From positions 62,001 to 126,000 of the forward strand of contig NW_004797831.1 of assembly GCF_000002075.1 (NCBI RefSeq): a stretch of 64,000 nucleotides of DNA, given 5' to 3'. Source of the stretch: Aplysia californica (taxonomy: Eukaryota). The position numbers were made by a program, and so were the translations under genes. This document shows positions 51,812 to 63,317 of this stretch, one piece after another. The first letter of the stretch is position 1, and each line of letters begins with the position of its first letter. Below the pieces are notes generated by a model. It saw nothing but the letters and a program-made list of their open reading frames with translations. It made no database searches and was not told the DNA's origin.

Positions 51812-52181
51812 GGCTGAAAATATACTGCCACGCACAACTGAAGTGCGCCGCGAAACGGACGAGCAGCTAGGTGGGAAGTGGTGATCCCATAGGCCAACGC
51901 GACTCCGTCTGACTGTAAAAAAAATGGCGGCGCTGAGCAGGCGTAAACAGCTCAGTGGCGCCCCCCCTTTTTTGTTTTATCTCCACGGCGTTGCGGAACA
52001 CTTTGATAGCAGGGCGAGCCTGTCCGCACGCGAAGAAGTGCTGCACTCACGCATGTCTTTTTGGGTCCTCACGACTCCTCACGTTTAGTCGTGTCAGTGA
52101 AATCACCAATAAGAAATAAATAGGAGGGCACGATTTTTTTCGTGGCCCACTTCAGTAGTGCGTGGCAGTATATTTTCAGCC
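51812..52181. mobile_element. PIF/Harbinger-type MITE
   Basis: TIR of about 45 bp beginning GGCTGAAAATATACTGCCACGCAC; TAA TSD on both sides. Confidence 0.85.
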
Positions 52182-52783
52182 TAATATGTGTTGGGTAAAG
52201 TCTGTTACCAGTGGCACTTTCAGGACAGGTTCAAAGTCTACAAAAGGGTTAATCAAATGGTCCATGTTAATGTTATTGTTATGCTCTTCAGTAATACTTT
52301 TTACTGTCTTTCTGATTATTGCAACCTATGTGGTGTAAACTTTACCTACATTTATGATAGTTCTAGTCCTCAAAGCAGTGTGGCAGTTATTTCTAAACAA
52401 TCATAGTTTCACAAGAAGCAATGCTTTACCAACAGAAATGATTTGTAAAAATGCTGAAATAAACAGGGGCGGGGGGTGTTTGTAAAAGGAATGGAAAACT
52501 AGACCCAACAAATCACTCTGATTCGGTAATCACCTTCAACATCCAAGTCCAACAAATATTCTTTCTGTCATTATATAAAAGTCTGAACTTTTAACAAAAA
52601 AGGTGCCCACGATAAACCGTGAATGATAAAAATAAAATTTGTTTTCTACCCTCGCAGTCATCTAGTTGCTGACCAAAGAACATTATGTCTGAAACAGTAG
52701 GGCATTCGTGGTGCAAACATACATTTAGTGGTGCAGTGTACCTTTTGCAATAAATATAACTGCAAATGTTAGGTTTTACAAAT

Positions 52784-52954
52784 CAGGGATGCCAAATGAT
52801 TTTTTTAAAAACAACCGCAAAATGAGCGGAGCATCACACCTCACCCAATAAAACGAACCTCGTAAAATCTTTCAATGAGCAAACAAAAACACTTCTCTTA
52901 CCATTCCCCTTTCCTTTGCAAGTGTAGGAAAAAACCCGAGATTTGGCATCCCTG
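52784..52954. mobile_element. hAT-like MITE with a 6-bp TSD
   Basis: TIR CAGGGATGCCAAAT; flanked by ACAAAT on both sides. Confidence 0.75.
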
Positions 52955-53679
52955 ACAAATGCACTCAACCAGAAATAGAATCATTTACAATGCAAGGAAA
53001 TTTAAAATACAAAGGAAATACCTTACTGTTGACCAAATCATTTACACGTGTATATACACATACATTGAATAACATGAAATGAAACGGTGGGGTGGGGATT
53101 CTCACATATTAAGGCAGTAGGTTTTCTAGCAACGACCATGCAGCACCAAATATCTATATATACACATATATTCAACAATGACATCCTCATGCTTATACCA
53201 TTGCCCCCCCCATCCCACTTCCGTATTTTCTGATTTTAATAGATGAGAAAGTGTATCGGCTCAACTCCTGAAATTATTCAGGGCAGTACACGGCCGAAGT
53301 CCACTAAACTTACAAAATAATAGCTCGAAGGCTTTATTTCCATGTTTCCATTGAACTTTCAAAGTTTTGTTTAAAAAAAAAATTTCTTTAATTTCAATGC
53401 TGCCTACATTCAAATGTACATCACAGACAAGTTTCGCTTTGCCTCAGGCTCAGAACTTCATGCATCAGCAAGCTTGTTTCCCTCCTTCAAGCTTTAGGTA
53501 AAACTTTGGACCACTGCATAAACATACTAAAACTGGCACACTTCACCAATAAATCAGGCATTCGTGTTGCTTCTTAACTGAATATGCGCATTTACACCAA
53601 ACAAATTCAAATTAGTTTCCAAGACAATAACAATTCTAAAAAGCGAGGTAACATCGTGATTCCTTACAAGACACATAAA

Positions 53680-53863
53680 TCTGTCCCCGTAGTTTTATGC
53701 ATCCCGCATAATTTAACAAAATTTGATCATTTTTTGTATAATTTTTGATTATTTTCCTTATATATCATTCTTTGTTAAAGTTAACAGAATCGCATAATTT
53801 CAAATTTTTGGGCTCAGTTTGCATTATTTCAGAATTTTTCTAGCATAAAACGACGGGGACAGA
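53680..53863. mobile_element. MITE with 4-bp TSD (copy 2)
   Basis: Same TIR; TSD TAAA. Confidence 0.8.
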
Positions 53864-54046
53864 TAAATAAAAGCATTTGAGGATGATGTAGCCTAAATAA
53901 ATAATACATCCGTTCCACAGCAATCAAAGAACAAAGCAACCCTGTGTGCAATGTGAGACACATTTCTATCAGCTCAACGGTACTCAACCCACATAGTTAA
54001 ACAGACTTACTCAACAGACCAACTTTCCAAGGAATGGGAAGGTTAA

Positions 54047-54442
54047 CCTCCTCCGTGACACAGGGACAGTTTGTGCTTCACAGGGCACAGTTTTGGATCC
54101 TCAGGGAGACAGATCAGCGCTACATTTAGGGGTCAGTTGCCTATAATTAGATCCGGTTGGCAAATACTACTATGTCTAAAAGGGAAAGATTTCTTTGTAT
54201 GTAAGGGAAAGATTTCTTTGTATGTAAGGGAAAATTATTCCAGAATGTGAATCTGCGATTAGTTTTACGAAATGTATCTAATAGAAGCAGTACGCAGAAT
54301 ACAACCTATGAAGAACGGCGTTTCACGGTCCTCGCGCTTCGCAAGGCATGACGAACGGCGTACACCACAGCAGCGCATCTTGGCTTGTTCGGCGAGTAAG
54401 AAAATATGACGAACGACGTACGTCATTTAGGTCACGGGGGGG
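54047..54442. mobile_element. piggyBac-type non-autonomous element
   Basis: TTAA-CCTCCTCCGTGAC ... GTCACGGGGGGG-TTAA. Confidence 0.7.
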
Positions 54443-56806
54443 TTAACTGACCAAGAGGGCCAAAGGTATGTCTCTACAGCTCTGGAAGAAAGATGGGTGT
54501 AACACAAGCATGTCATGCATGATGTACTCAGGTTTGCATGAGTGTTTGATGGTTGTCTTAGTCTGAGAGAACGATGATAGCAATCGGGAGGCAGAGGCAG
54601 CGAGGTGAAATCAGGCGCTCGTCAAAATACAGAAATCTGAGAAACAGGTGTTTTTCCGAAAGTTTAGAAATTTATATCGAATTTATATTTTTGGGCTCAA
54701 CCTCTTCTACGTCCATATAAAAAAACATTTTCGTGTTAATTTTACTGGAAAACATTGATTAAAGGCACAAAATATGTCATTTTCCTGTTTTCAAGGACTC
54801 TTTAGCTATTGGCGTTACCAAACCTTGGCGGTCATTTTCACCTCTAATTTCAACTCTGAAACCAGGCGACCTCACTTCCTTCAATCACAAATATCTTGAG
54901 TTCTGTTCAAGATAGATGGATATTTATTTCATTGGAAACAAGCCAAATAAAACAGCTTTCAGATGATACCAATAACTCCACATGCCCACAAATTGACGAA
55001 AGCTTGATTCCATAGCGCACTTGTCAATAAGGTACAAAGCATTCAGAATTATAACACAATTCATTTTTTTAAAACATGATTTGAATGCAAATGCAATTAA
55101 TAAAAAAAGAATTAGTTGTTAAAAAAAGAATTAGTTGTTAAAAACAAACTAATCAAAGTCATCAAGGAGTTCATCTGTACACGTTATAACAGTATCGTAT
55201 AGGAACAATTGCAATACACTGAAAGGTAGTTCGTTATCACATGAAGAAGACCCAAGCTCCATTCCAATTCGAACACAGCTAAGACCACACAGTATCTAGG
55301 CTTTGGGCTCAGTGGACAGATTAACTAGATCCGAATCAACACCAAATCACATGTAATGTAAACCTCCCCCCAATCTGAGCACCCACGTCTGTGCTCTGAC
55401 GGTTAGGCTTTTTGCTGTTGTAGACATAAGACCTAAGACCACGACTCTATTCCCACATAAGGCAGTCATTTTATCAAATATCTCCATTCCTATCAAACAT
55501 CTATCGTCCTTATCTCCCCTTCTTCTTTTTTATGTTTGTTACTCTCTTGTAACACCTCTAATCTTCTGGCGCTCATATGACCTTAAGCAGTTGTGAGCGC
55601 CGAAAAACCTCTATTAAAACTAAAACTACACAAAAAAATCTCCATCTGTGTACATTGATGATGTCAAATGTCATTGTTAACTGCACGCCTCTGCAAAAAC
55701 AGCTCTCAGTGTGACCACTGTTAACTGCATCCCTCGGCAAGCAGTTACAAAAATGTACAAGTTCTAAGCCTAAGAAAGCAACATTTTACAGGACACAGGA
55801 AAAAACACTCAATCTTTTCACAATTGTATCTCTACATTATTGAATTTTTTCTTGCTTTTTTTTCCCCCCCCCATCATTTAAAATTTGAATTTTGGCAAAA
55901 TATTTCTAGAGCACATGCAACCGACACCACAGATTAAGACACTTCAATATTCCCTTTAAAAATATACTCATTTTGGGCTCAGTACATTTTAAGGACTGGC
56001 TGACAACACAAAGGTTTTCATATAAAAGGAAATTTCACAAATCCTTCAGAAGTTTCTAAATGCGTGGCGAATATTTTAAAGTAGTTTACAAGACAAATCA
56101 GCTGTAATGGAATGGAGCCTTCTACATGATGAAAAGCAGAAACAATGGCAATCAAACTAGGGAAAAATTCTTTTGCATTCTAACCTGTAAGTGGGAAAAT
56201 CATAAAAGCTTCGAAATCCACTTTCTTTGACCTAGAAGTAGAAGCAAATAGCATAATAATGGCAGAATTCCCCTACTGGTGATGATGCCAGTAATATGTG
56301 CTCTTGTTCTAAATGGCACAAACTCAAATGACAAAATCAACATTATTGGAGGAGAAGCCAGAAAAAAGGGGCGGGGGGGGGGGGGGGTCACAACAATATC
56401 CTAAAGTAAAGAAAAGATGGGAGAGGTCAAAACATCTCTCTCTCTCTGAATGAACAGCAGCAAATAAAACATAATATACATGACCAGATATACCTTACGG
56501 AAAATGAAACAGGCAGGGTATGACGTATTCCGTGACACAATTTTTTCGCTCACAGGTGTCGGGAGCGTAAAAACCGATAAAGCAAAATAATGAAAATTAA
56601 AAGCAAATGAGGATCAGACAGCCAGGTTCTCTACCCATCACTTGCATCACTCACCACACCCGCCAGACAATTCCACAGAGTGCTCTCAAACATACTCTGA
56701 ACGCCAACCAGCAGAATCATAGCAGTCCCTGAAGAGCCCTTGTCAAGCATTGTAGTGAAGAGAAGACATAAGAAAAAAAAAGGCATCTTTGCCTATTCTC
56801 TCTAAA

Positions 56807-57160
56807 CAGGGTTCCTGCTATGAACTCCCCACCAAATTCAAGTATATTTAGTAGTTTTTGGGGAGAAATTTTAAAAATTCAAGAAGATTTGGTTGAGAAA
56901 TTCCTGCTGAAAACCTATTTCCAATAGGCTTACACTTGTCGGAAAAGAATCGAAATTTAGATTTTCCGACAAAAATTTTGTTCATGTCCGATCCTGAGAA
57001 ATTCAAGGAGTTATCAAGGAGGTTCCTGAAATTCAAGGAGTTTTCAAGGAGATTTTCCCTTGAATGCAAATTCAAGGAGTTTTCAAGGAGATTTTCCCTT
57101 GAATGCAAATTCAAGGAGTTTTCAAGGACTCCTTGAATTCAAGGAGGCCGCAGTACCCTG
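56807..57160. mobile_element. hAT-like MITE with internal TTCAAGGAG repeats
   Basis: CAGGGTTCCTGC ... GCAGTACCCTG ends, with subterminal tandem AAATTCAAGGAGTTTTCAAGGAG; the TSD is degraded. Confidence 0.65.
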
Positions 57161-58188
57161 TCTATATTAGAGTCAGCGAGTTTCGGGTACTTTGTTGCGC
57201 AATCCTAGAGCAAAAATTCATACAGAATGAAATGCGAAAAAGCTGTCAGATTTAGTTCCAGAGAAATGTGTACTAAACTATACTGGTAAGAGCTTTATGA
57301 AATATAAAACGCTGCGAAAAACCAGGCCCACAGACAGCTATATCACATTTCAACCTTCTCAACACTGAGCCAAGCACCCTGCTTTCCTGGAGGAACAAGA
57401 CACCGTGAACACATTTTTAAAAAAAAGATAAGTTAAAATTCCCAGTATTAACCATGATCTCGATAATAATAATTAAAAATTATACCCAATATTCAAGAAA
57501 GTCAGTTAGATTTTTTTTAAAAAAAAGGATCTGCAGACGATGGCCTCCAACTACCTAAGTGGCAAATTGAAAAATTATCATGAGACGGCTAAAAAAGGGC
57601 ATGTAATGTAGCCAATAAAAACAGAACAATTACACTACTGCACAAGTAAAAATCATGTCCCATTCAGCCATATTGGTTTATACAGAGATAGAAACCGTAC
57701 CATTCGTTTTGTGCCGAGTCACTAAAATGAGTAAAATACAGACTTGGAAAGCTGTGCCAAGTGAAGTGTTTGTCATCTCATTTTCAAAACCTGAACAAAA
57801 CGGGCTATACAATCAAAATAAGGCTGTAAAACTGTCATTAATAAACAAAATCGCTCACGTGAACACATCCCCCCCCCCCCCAACAAACCCCCCCCCCCAA
57901 CAGCACAAAAAGAACCCCCAAAAACCGTCTCTTTTGAACAATGCAATGGTCACTTTTTTTAGTCTTTTAAAAGGCACAGTCGGAGGCAACATTCCCATCG
58001 CCACTTCTCTACGAGTTCACGTGAAAACATTTAGCTGGTGAGCGTCCACAGCTTGTAGCTTCACCAGAGTGCAGGAAGTGTCTATAATTAGAATCACAAG
58101 CCTTGATTTAAAAGAAACCGACACGCAGATACAACTAACACGGGAGAGGTGTAAATGTTCCCCTCATTATAGTCACCAGTAGCCATTA

Positions 58189-58534
58189 GGGTGTCTGTGG
58201 CCTAGTGGTTAGGCTCTCGGACTCGCAACCGTAAGGTCGTGGGTTCGAATCCCGTCAGGGACCCGACGTTGTGTCCTTGGGAAAGGCACTTTACATGCAT
58301 TTTCCTCACTTCACCAAGGTGGGAATGGGTACCCGGCTATAGTCAGCGAAAGATCTTGTCAGTTTGTTAGTATTTGAGCGCTTCATCAGCTGCTTGCACT
58401 GTATGCTTCACAGGAAGCTGAGAATGTTTCGGAGTGTTCTATGGTCTGCTGGGGTAATAATATAGTGTAAAGCGCATAGAGCCTGCTGTTGAGCGGGGAT
58501 ATGCGCTATACAAATGCTATCTATTATTATTATT
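58189..58534 (+). mobile_element. Near full-length tRNA-derived CORE-type SINE
   Basis: A box TGGCCTAGTGG, B box GGTTCGAATCC, CORE-like GTGTCCTTGGGAAAGGCACTT, and an L2/MIR-like tail TGTAAAGCGC...GCGCTATACAAATG..(TAT)n. Confidence 0.85.
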
Positions 58535-60296
58535 TCTTTGCAGGACTTGGTCTACTCGACTGCCCCGATTCCACGACTTTGTGGAAAATTCAAACAGGAT
58601 GAATTTACTTCTTGCCCGCATCTCAGAAAAGACATCATCAAACATCTATTGTCTTTAACGAAAACTGCAGCCTTTCTTTCTCTCTCTCTTCACCCCAGGA
58701 ATTGTACTGTGCCCATAGTATATATGCCCATCCTCTTCTCAGTAAGGTCGTCGGAGCTTTTTTCATTTGACATTTTGGTTACTGTTTATACTACGGCCAC
58801 TCACATGAGATGACTTCAGTCCCAATATCATGCGACAGAACATCTTTTCTTTGGCCTTTGAGTCAATCTTCTTGACCAGCTTCGAGGTAAGTACAGTCAT
58901 ACAACATGGAAACTACATAGAACACTTTTATTTTGTTGTTGCAGCAAGATATACATACAATTTAAATAAATTGCATCCCTTCATTGCACATTTCATCAAC
59001 ATTGCTGTGACGTCCACGAAGCAACAACACAGCTGAAACATTGATGGCCGCAGCAGGACACACAAGCCCAGCGTCCTGATTTGTTACTTGCAACCAATCA
59101 CAGACCATTAGAGTCTTTTACGGAAAATAAAAAACCCCAAAAGCTAAGTAAGCACATTCATACATTCATTTCTGAAGGCCATAAAGGTCACAAATAAAAA
59201 GCATGTTTGGCTTCCGTAAAAATAAATCATTTCCCAACCAGACCACTTCCACTGCTATGACTCTGATTTAATTACAGTAGCTTCCAGTAATAGTACATCA
59301 TTTACTACCATGACCCCCCCCCCCCCCCCTTCTTAATACAAGATCCAACAATGTCGGGTATGCAAAGTCATAAGTTCACAACAAATAGTTCACACGTAAT
59401 ATGATTTATGATGATTCAAACTTCACTTGATGTATCTGAAAACTCCAACAATGCTCCTGTTACGGGATTATAGGATGTCAATAGTTTCCCATGTGTCAAG
59501 CCTAAAATTCTTATGGCTGGTTAAAAAAATAAATTATTATAAGTTCACAACAGGATCTGTGTACAGAATCCACATTATTATGCCAATCCTAAAAAAAATA
59601 TATGGTTTCCATTCGGCCAAGAGTTTTTGATGAAAGTTTATGAAAATCTTATAACAAAATGGAAATTAAAAACTTTCTTTTTGTTTTCCACTCATCTCAG
59701 ACTGACTGATTAATCGCATAGAGATAAATAAGGAAATGAAAACGACAAACTCTCTTCTGTGTGACGACCAAAAAAAAAAAAAAAAAAAAAAGTTTACCGC
59801 CCTCAATCATGACTTGGGGCATATCTGACACGTGAATTATTCAATATTCTCATGAAAAAGGCCTCTATCATAAAATGAGGTATCCCATTATTTTGATAGG
59901 AAAACCCATATGAAGAAAGGAAAAGTAAAAAAAAAAATGGGGCTTGCCAACATTTCATTTTCAAAACCTGAACAGAAGGGGCTATAGATCTACAACCACA
60001 ATGGGGCTGTAAAACTGTCATTAGGAAATAAAATAGCCCTCGACATCACATAACATCGCCCGCCCCCGCGCCCCAACAACCCAACTGCGTCCTTCGAACA
60101 ACGCAATGCAATTAAAAAAGACCAGTACGACAACGAGTATGCATTATAGGATGTGCGACGGCTTACATTCTCTCCCTGTGAAGACTTACATCCATCACAC
60201 TCAGCTCTCGAGACAGCCAACAGGAAGAAGATCAAGGTCAAGACATTTGTGCACGGAGCGAGCAGAGCAGATGTACAACAAGGTCAGTCACTGCCA

Positions 60297-60568
60297 CGCC
60301 ACGCCACCTCATCAAATTGTCTGTCTTCTTCTCGCAATTAGTGTCACGCAACCTCATCAAATCCTGTCCCTCTTCTTCTCGCACTTAACGTCACGCCACC
60401 TCATCAAATCCTGTGCGATTTCTTATCGCACTTAACACTTTGCCGCCTCATCTGGCAGATTGGTGATGTTTACCATCCAGTTTCTTTGGATTTTCCCCAA
60501 AATATAATGGCAAAGTGTTAATGTCACACCACCTCGTCAAATCCTGTCCGTCTTCTTCTCGCACTTAG
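60297..60568. repeat. ~47-bp tandem duplication of the ZFYVE1 stop-codon region (4 copies)
   Basis: Plus-strand unit TCACGCCACCTCATCAAATCCTGTCCGTCTTCTTCTCGCACTTAAYG; the rightmost copy is the real coding end. Confidence 0.85.
60436..60517. mobile_element. 82-bp TTAA-targeting (piggyBac-like) MITE; second copy at 46049-46130
   Basis: TTAA-CACTTTGCC...GGCAAAGTG-TTAA; the empty site is visible in the neighbouring repeat unit (CGCACTTAACGTCAC). Confidence 0.85.
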
Positions 60569-63050
60569 TGCACACCCGCACCGGGTAGTCCCAGCCCCTG
60601 AACGCCACCACGCGCTTGCTCGGGGAACACTTCTCGCAGACTCCGTTCCCGCACACGCGGCAATGGTGGATGGAAAGCCTCGGGCCAAACTTGTCACCGC
60701 ACACGCAGCAAGACGTGATCTCCTCGTCCGGGACCCAGTAGGCTGGCCGGGCCGAGTTCTTAATCATACCTAGCAGACGTGACAAATCATACATGACAGG
60801 ATTTTAAAAATAATTCAGCAATTTGAAAAAAATTGGATCTTATTCATACCTACTAGAAGTGACAAATCATACATGCATACATGACAATTAAAAAAAAAAT
60901 ATTTAAAAATTTAAACATAAATGGAAGCAAGCAAATAATCATCCTATCTCGCTATACGGTGACAATAATCTGTAAAAAAAAGAAAAAAAAGAAGACCATC
61001 TTCTCCAACAGTGTGTGGGATTTTAAGACTCGTGGGAAAGAAACTGAAGAGCAAGAGAATGGGTTGACGGATCAGTCACATTCTGATGACTATTTATTAA
61101 CCAAAAGTTTATACACTGCTGCACTAACAGTCAGTATTTTATTCAGAGCTGGAGCAATGAAAGGACAATGGAATTCAATGTGTGCGCATTATGTTCACGA
61201 AAAGAGTGGAGATTTGTTTTCTTTGCTATATTTTAAAATACAGTAATCGAACGGTGTACAGAACAATTTGTGAGACAATGATAACATTTTTTTTGCAGCA
61301 ATTAACATTTCACTTATGCAACACATACTACTCAAATTATTTTTTAAAAATAAATGAGTTGGAGAGGTCTGTACTTAAACCACAAAAAAAAAAAAAATGT
61401 ACTCACCCATTGGGTAGTCCAGTGCTGAGGCAACAACGGAGAAGGTAGACGAGAAAGCTTCTCCAACCTTGCGAGCTGTGAGTGCTGTCTGCTCAGAGGA
61501 AGTGCTCAAGGCATCTGGAGACAACCAAAGTGTCCAAAGGAATACAGACAAATATTGGAGGAAGTTCATGTTTTACATAGACTAAACATCTTCACACTTT
61601 TCAGCTGGTCGGGACTTGCAGTATCATAAACGCCACAAACAGACATAAACACAGTCAAGCTATATCTTGAACATTTAATTGTCTTCGATTCTGACATCCC
61701 CCCCCCCCTATATTATAAACGTCAAACTTGATACTAGTACCGATATACAGTTGAACCTGCTCTCGCGGCAACCTGTTCAAGACAATCACCTGTACAAACG
61801 ACCCCCCCCACACCCTAAAAGGTATTTTCAAAATATCATAACGACCCTACCCAAGATGTCCACCTGACTAAGACAACCACTTTTCTCCTCTTTTTAGTTT
61901 AGTTTAAGTAGAGGTTTTACGGCGCTCGCAACTGCATCAGGTCATATGAGCGCCAGAAGAATAGATGTGTTACAAGAGAGTAACAAACATTAAAAAAGAA
62001 GGAGGGGAGATAAGGACGATAGATGTCGGATAGGAAAGAAGAAGCAAACCAAACCAGAGCACCCGCCAACCACCCACACTTTTCTCCTCTACAATGGGTG
62101 GCAGTCTTGGACAATTTCGACTGCAAAAACCAACTTCACGACACAACAAAAAGAACGCGAACAGCACATCATAATCATACCTGTGTCTTTTCGGTTGTAG
62201 CACTTGTCACAGACCCTGACCGGCTCCTCCCCCCACCCTCTCTCTGGCACGGGTTTGCGGCGAGATGAGCAATCGGCACAGAAACCTTTGCCACAGGCTC
62301 GGCAATGATGCTTCTGCTCCGAACACGTGAACAGCATCTCACAGCCAGAACATTTCTGGCAGACGCAAAACATATATTGTGAATTTAGTTTTGTTTAAAG
62401 TATGTATAATTGTGCGTTTAATTATGTCTTTATGAATGAATGTTTGCCGTTGTAACAAAATTTCCCAAAGGGAATTAAAAAAAAATGTAATCTATTATCA
62501 TTTATTTACCATTATGAAAATCGTGACAGAACTTTGCTCATTCCTATAACAGAATGTGTTCTACGATGTCCAGCACATCCATACTTGTATACCCCTTTGT
62601 AATCCAAAATTAAAAAAAAAATTTCAAGCACAATTGCCAGTTGCCACCTTGTAGAGGCTTATGATCTTATCACAATCACTTATGAGCTTGAATATATAGC
62701 AGAGAGTTAGTGTTCACCCAAAAAAATTTACTCAAGAAGACACAAATTTCTAGCTCAATTTCTGGACTCCATGCAGTATCTGTTCAGTTTTTAATTCATC
62801 TCCAATCTTCAGTATTTGTATGACGTAATTGCGCTGCAAGCGCCGTAAAACTCCTACTAAAAATCTAAAAGATACTCACTATGATCTCCGAGTTGGGTAC
62901 CCAGTAGGCGGGGTTGATCTTGTCGGCCGTCCACTCACTCAGGACTTTGGTGGGGCCCGAGCTCACGCTGCTGATGGTGTCGGCCAGGTAGTGGAAACCC
63001 TCCAGAACCTTCCGCGCCGCGTTGTGAGTGCCGTCGAGGGTGGAGACACC
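60537..63050 (-). CDS. ZFYVE1: Zinc finger FYVE domain-containing protein 1 (DFCP1), last four coding exons; the gene continues beyond the window end
   Basis: Exons 63050-62880, 62355-62181, 61514-61407, 60769-60537. Two FYVE domains (PAYWVPNSEI..KHHCRACGKGFC..RGWG..PVRVCDKC; RPAYWVPDEE..IHHCRVCG..RGWDYPVRVC) joined by the ARKVGEA linker typical of ZFYVE1. Confidence 0.95.
61893..62078 (-). mobile_element. Type A retroposon fragment (shared 3' tail plus pyrimidine-rich body); representative copy
   Basis: The plus strand reads TTTAGT..AGTAGAGGTTTTACGGCGCTCGCAACTGCATCAGGTCATATGAGCGCCAGAAG...ACCAGAGCACCCGCCAACCACCC. Other copies: about 2060-2250, 3820-3990, 15721-15912, 23190-23420, 23578-23832, 24265-24408 and 55490-55628 (opposite strand). 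Short or tail-only copies: 5028-5085, 9697-9747, 62830-62870. Confidence 0.8.
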
Positions 63051-63317
63051 CTGGTGGGGAACACAGGGGAAAAGATGAACACAAGGGGAAAGATGAGAAT
63101 ACATGTCTGGTGGTGAACACAAGGGGAAAGATGAGAATACATGTCTGGTGGTGAACACAAGGGGAAAGATGAGAATACACTTACAGTCTGGTGGGGAACA
63201 CAAGGGGAAAGATGAGAATACAGGTCTGGTGGGGAACACAAGGGGAAAGATGAGAATACAGGTCTGGTGGTGAACACAAGGGGAAAGATGAACAAAAGGG
63301 GAAAGATGAGAATACAC
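63051..63317. repeat. ~38-bp minisatellite made of the ZFYVE1 3' splice site (6 copies)
   Basis: Plus-strand unit CTGGTGGKGAACACAAGGGGAAAGATGAGAATACAKGT. Confidence 0.92.

Noticed and set aside
56848-57136. Repetitive ORFs (NLHSRENLLENSL / KFKEFSRRFSLEC)
   Set aside because: Translations of subterminal repeats in a hAT-like MITE.
58189-58265. tRNA gene
   Set aside because: It has A and B boxes, but runs straight into a CORE-like body and (TAT)n tail and has decayed copies at 22822 and 48155; it is a SINE head.
57778-60110. Two related ~160-bp segments (about 57778-57950 and 59958-60110) downstream of ZFYVE1
   Set aside because: Degenerate, with no TIR, TSD or coding signal; probably an old local duplication or a repeat remnant.
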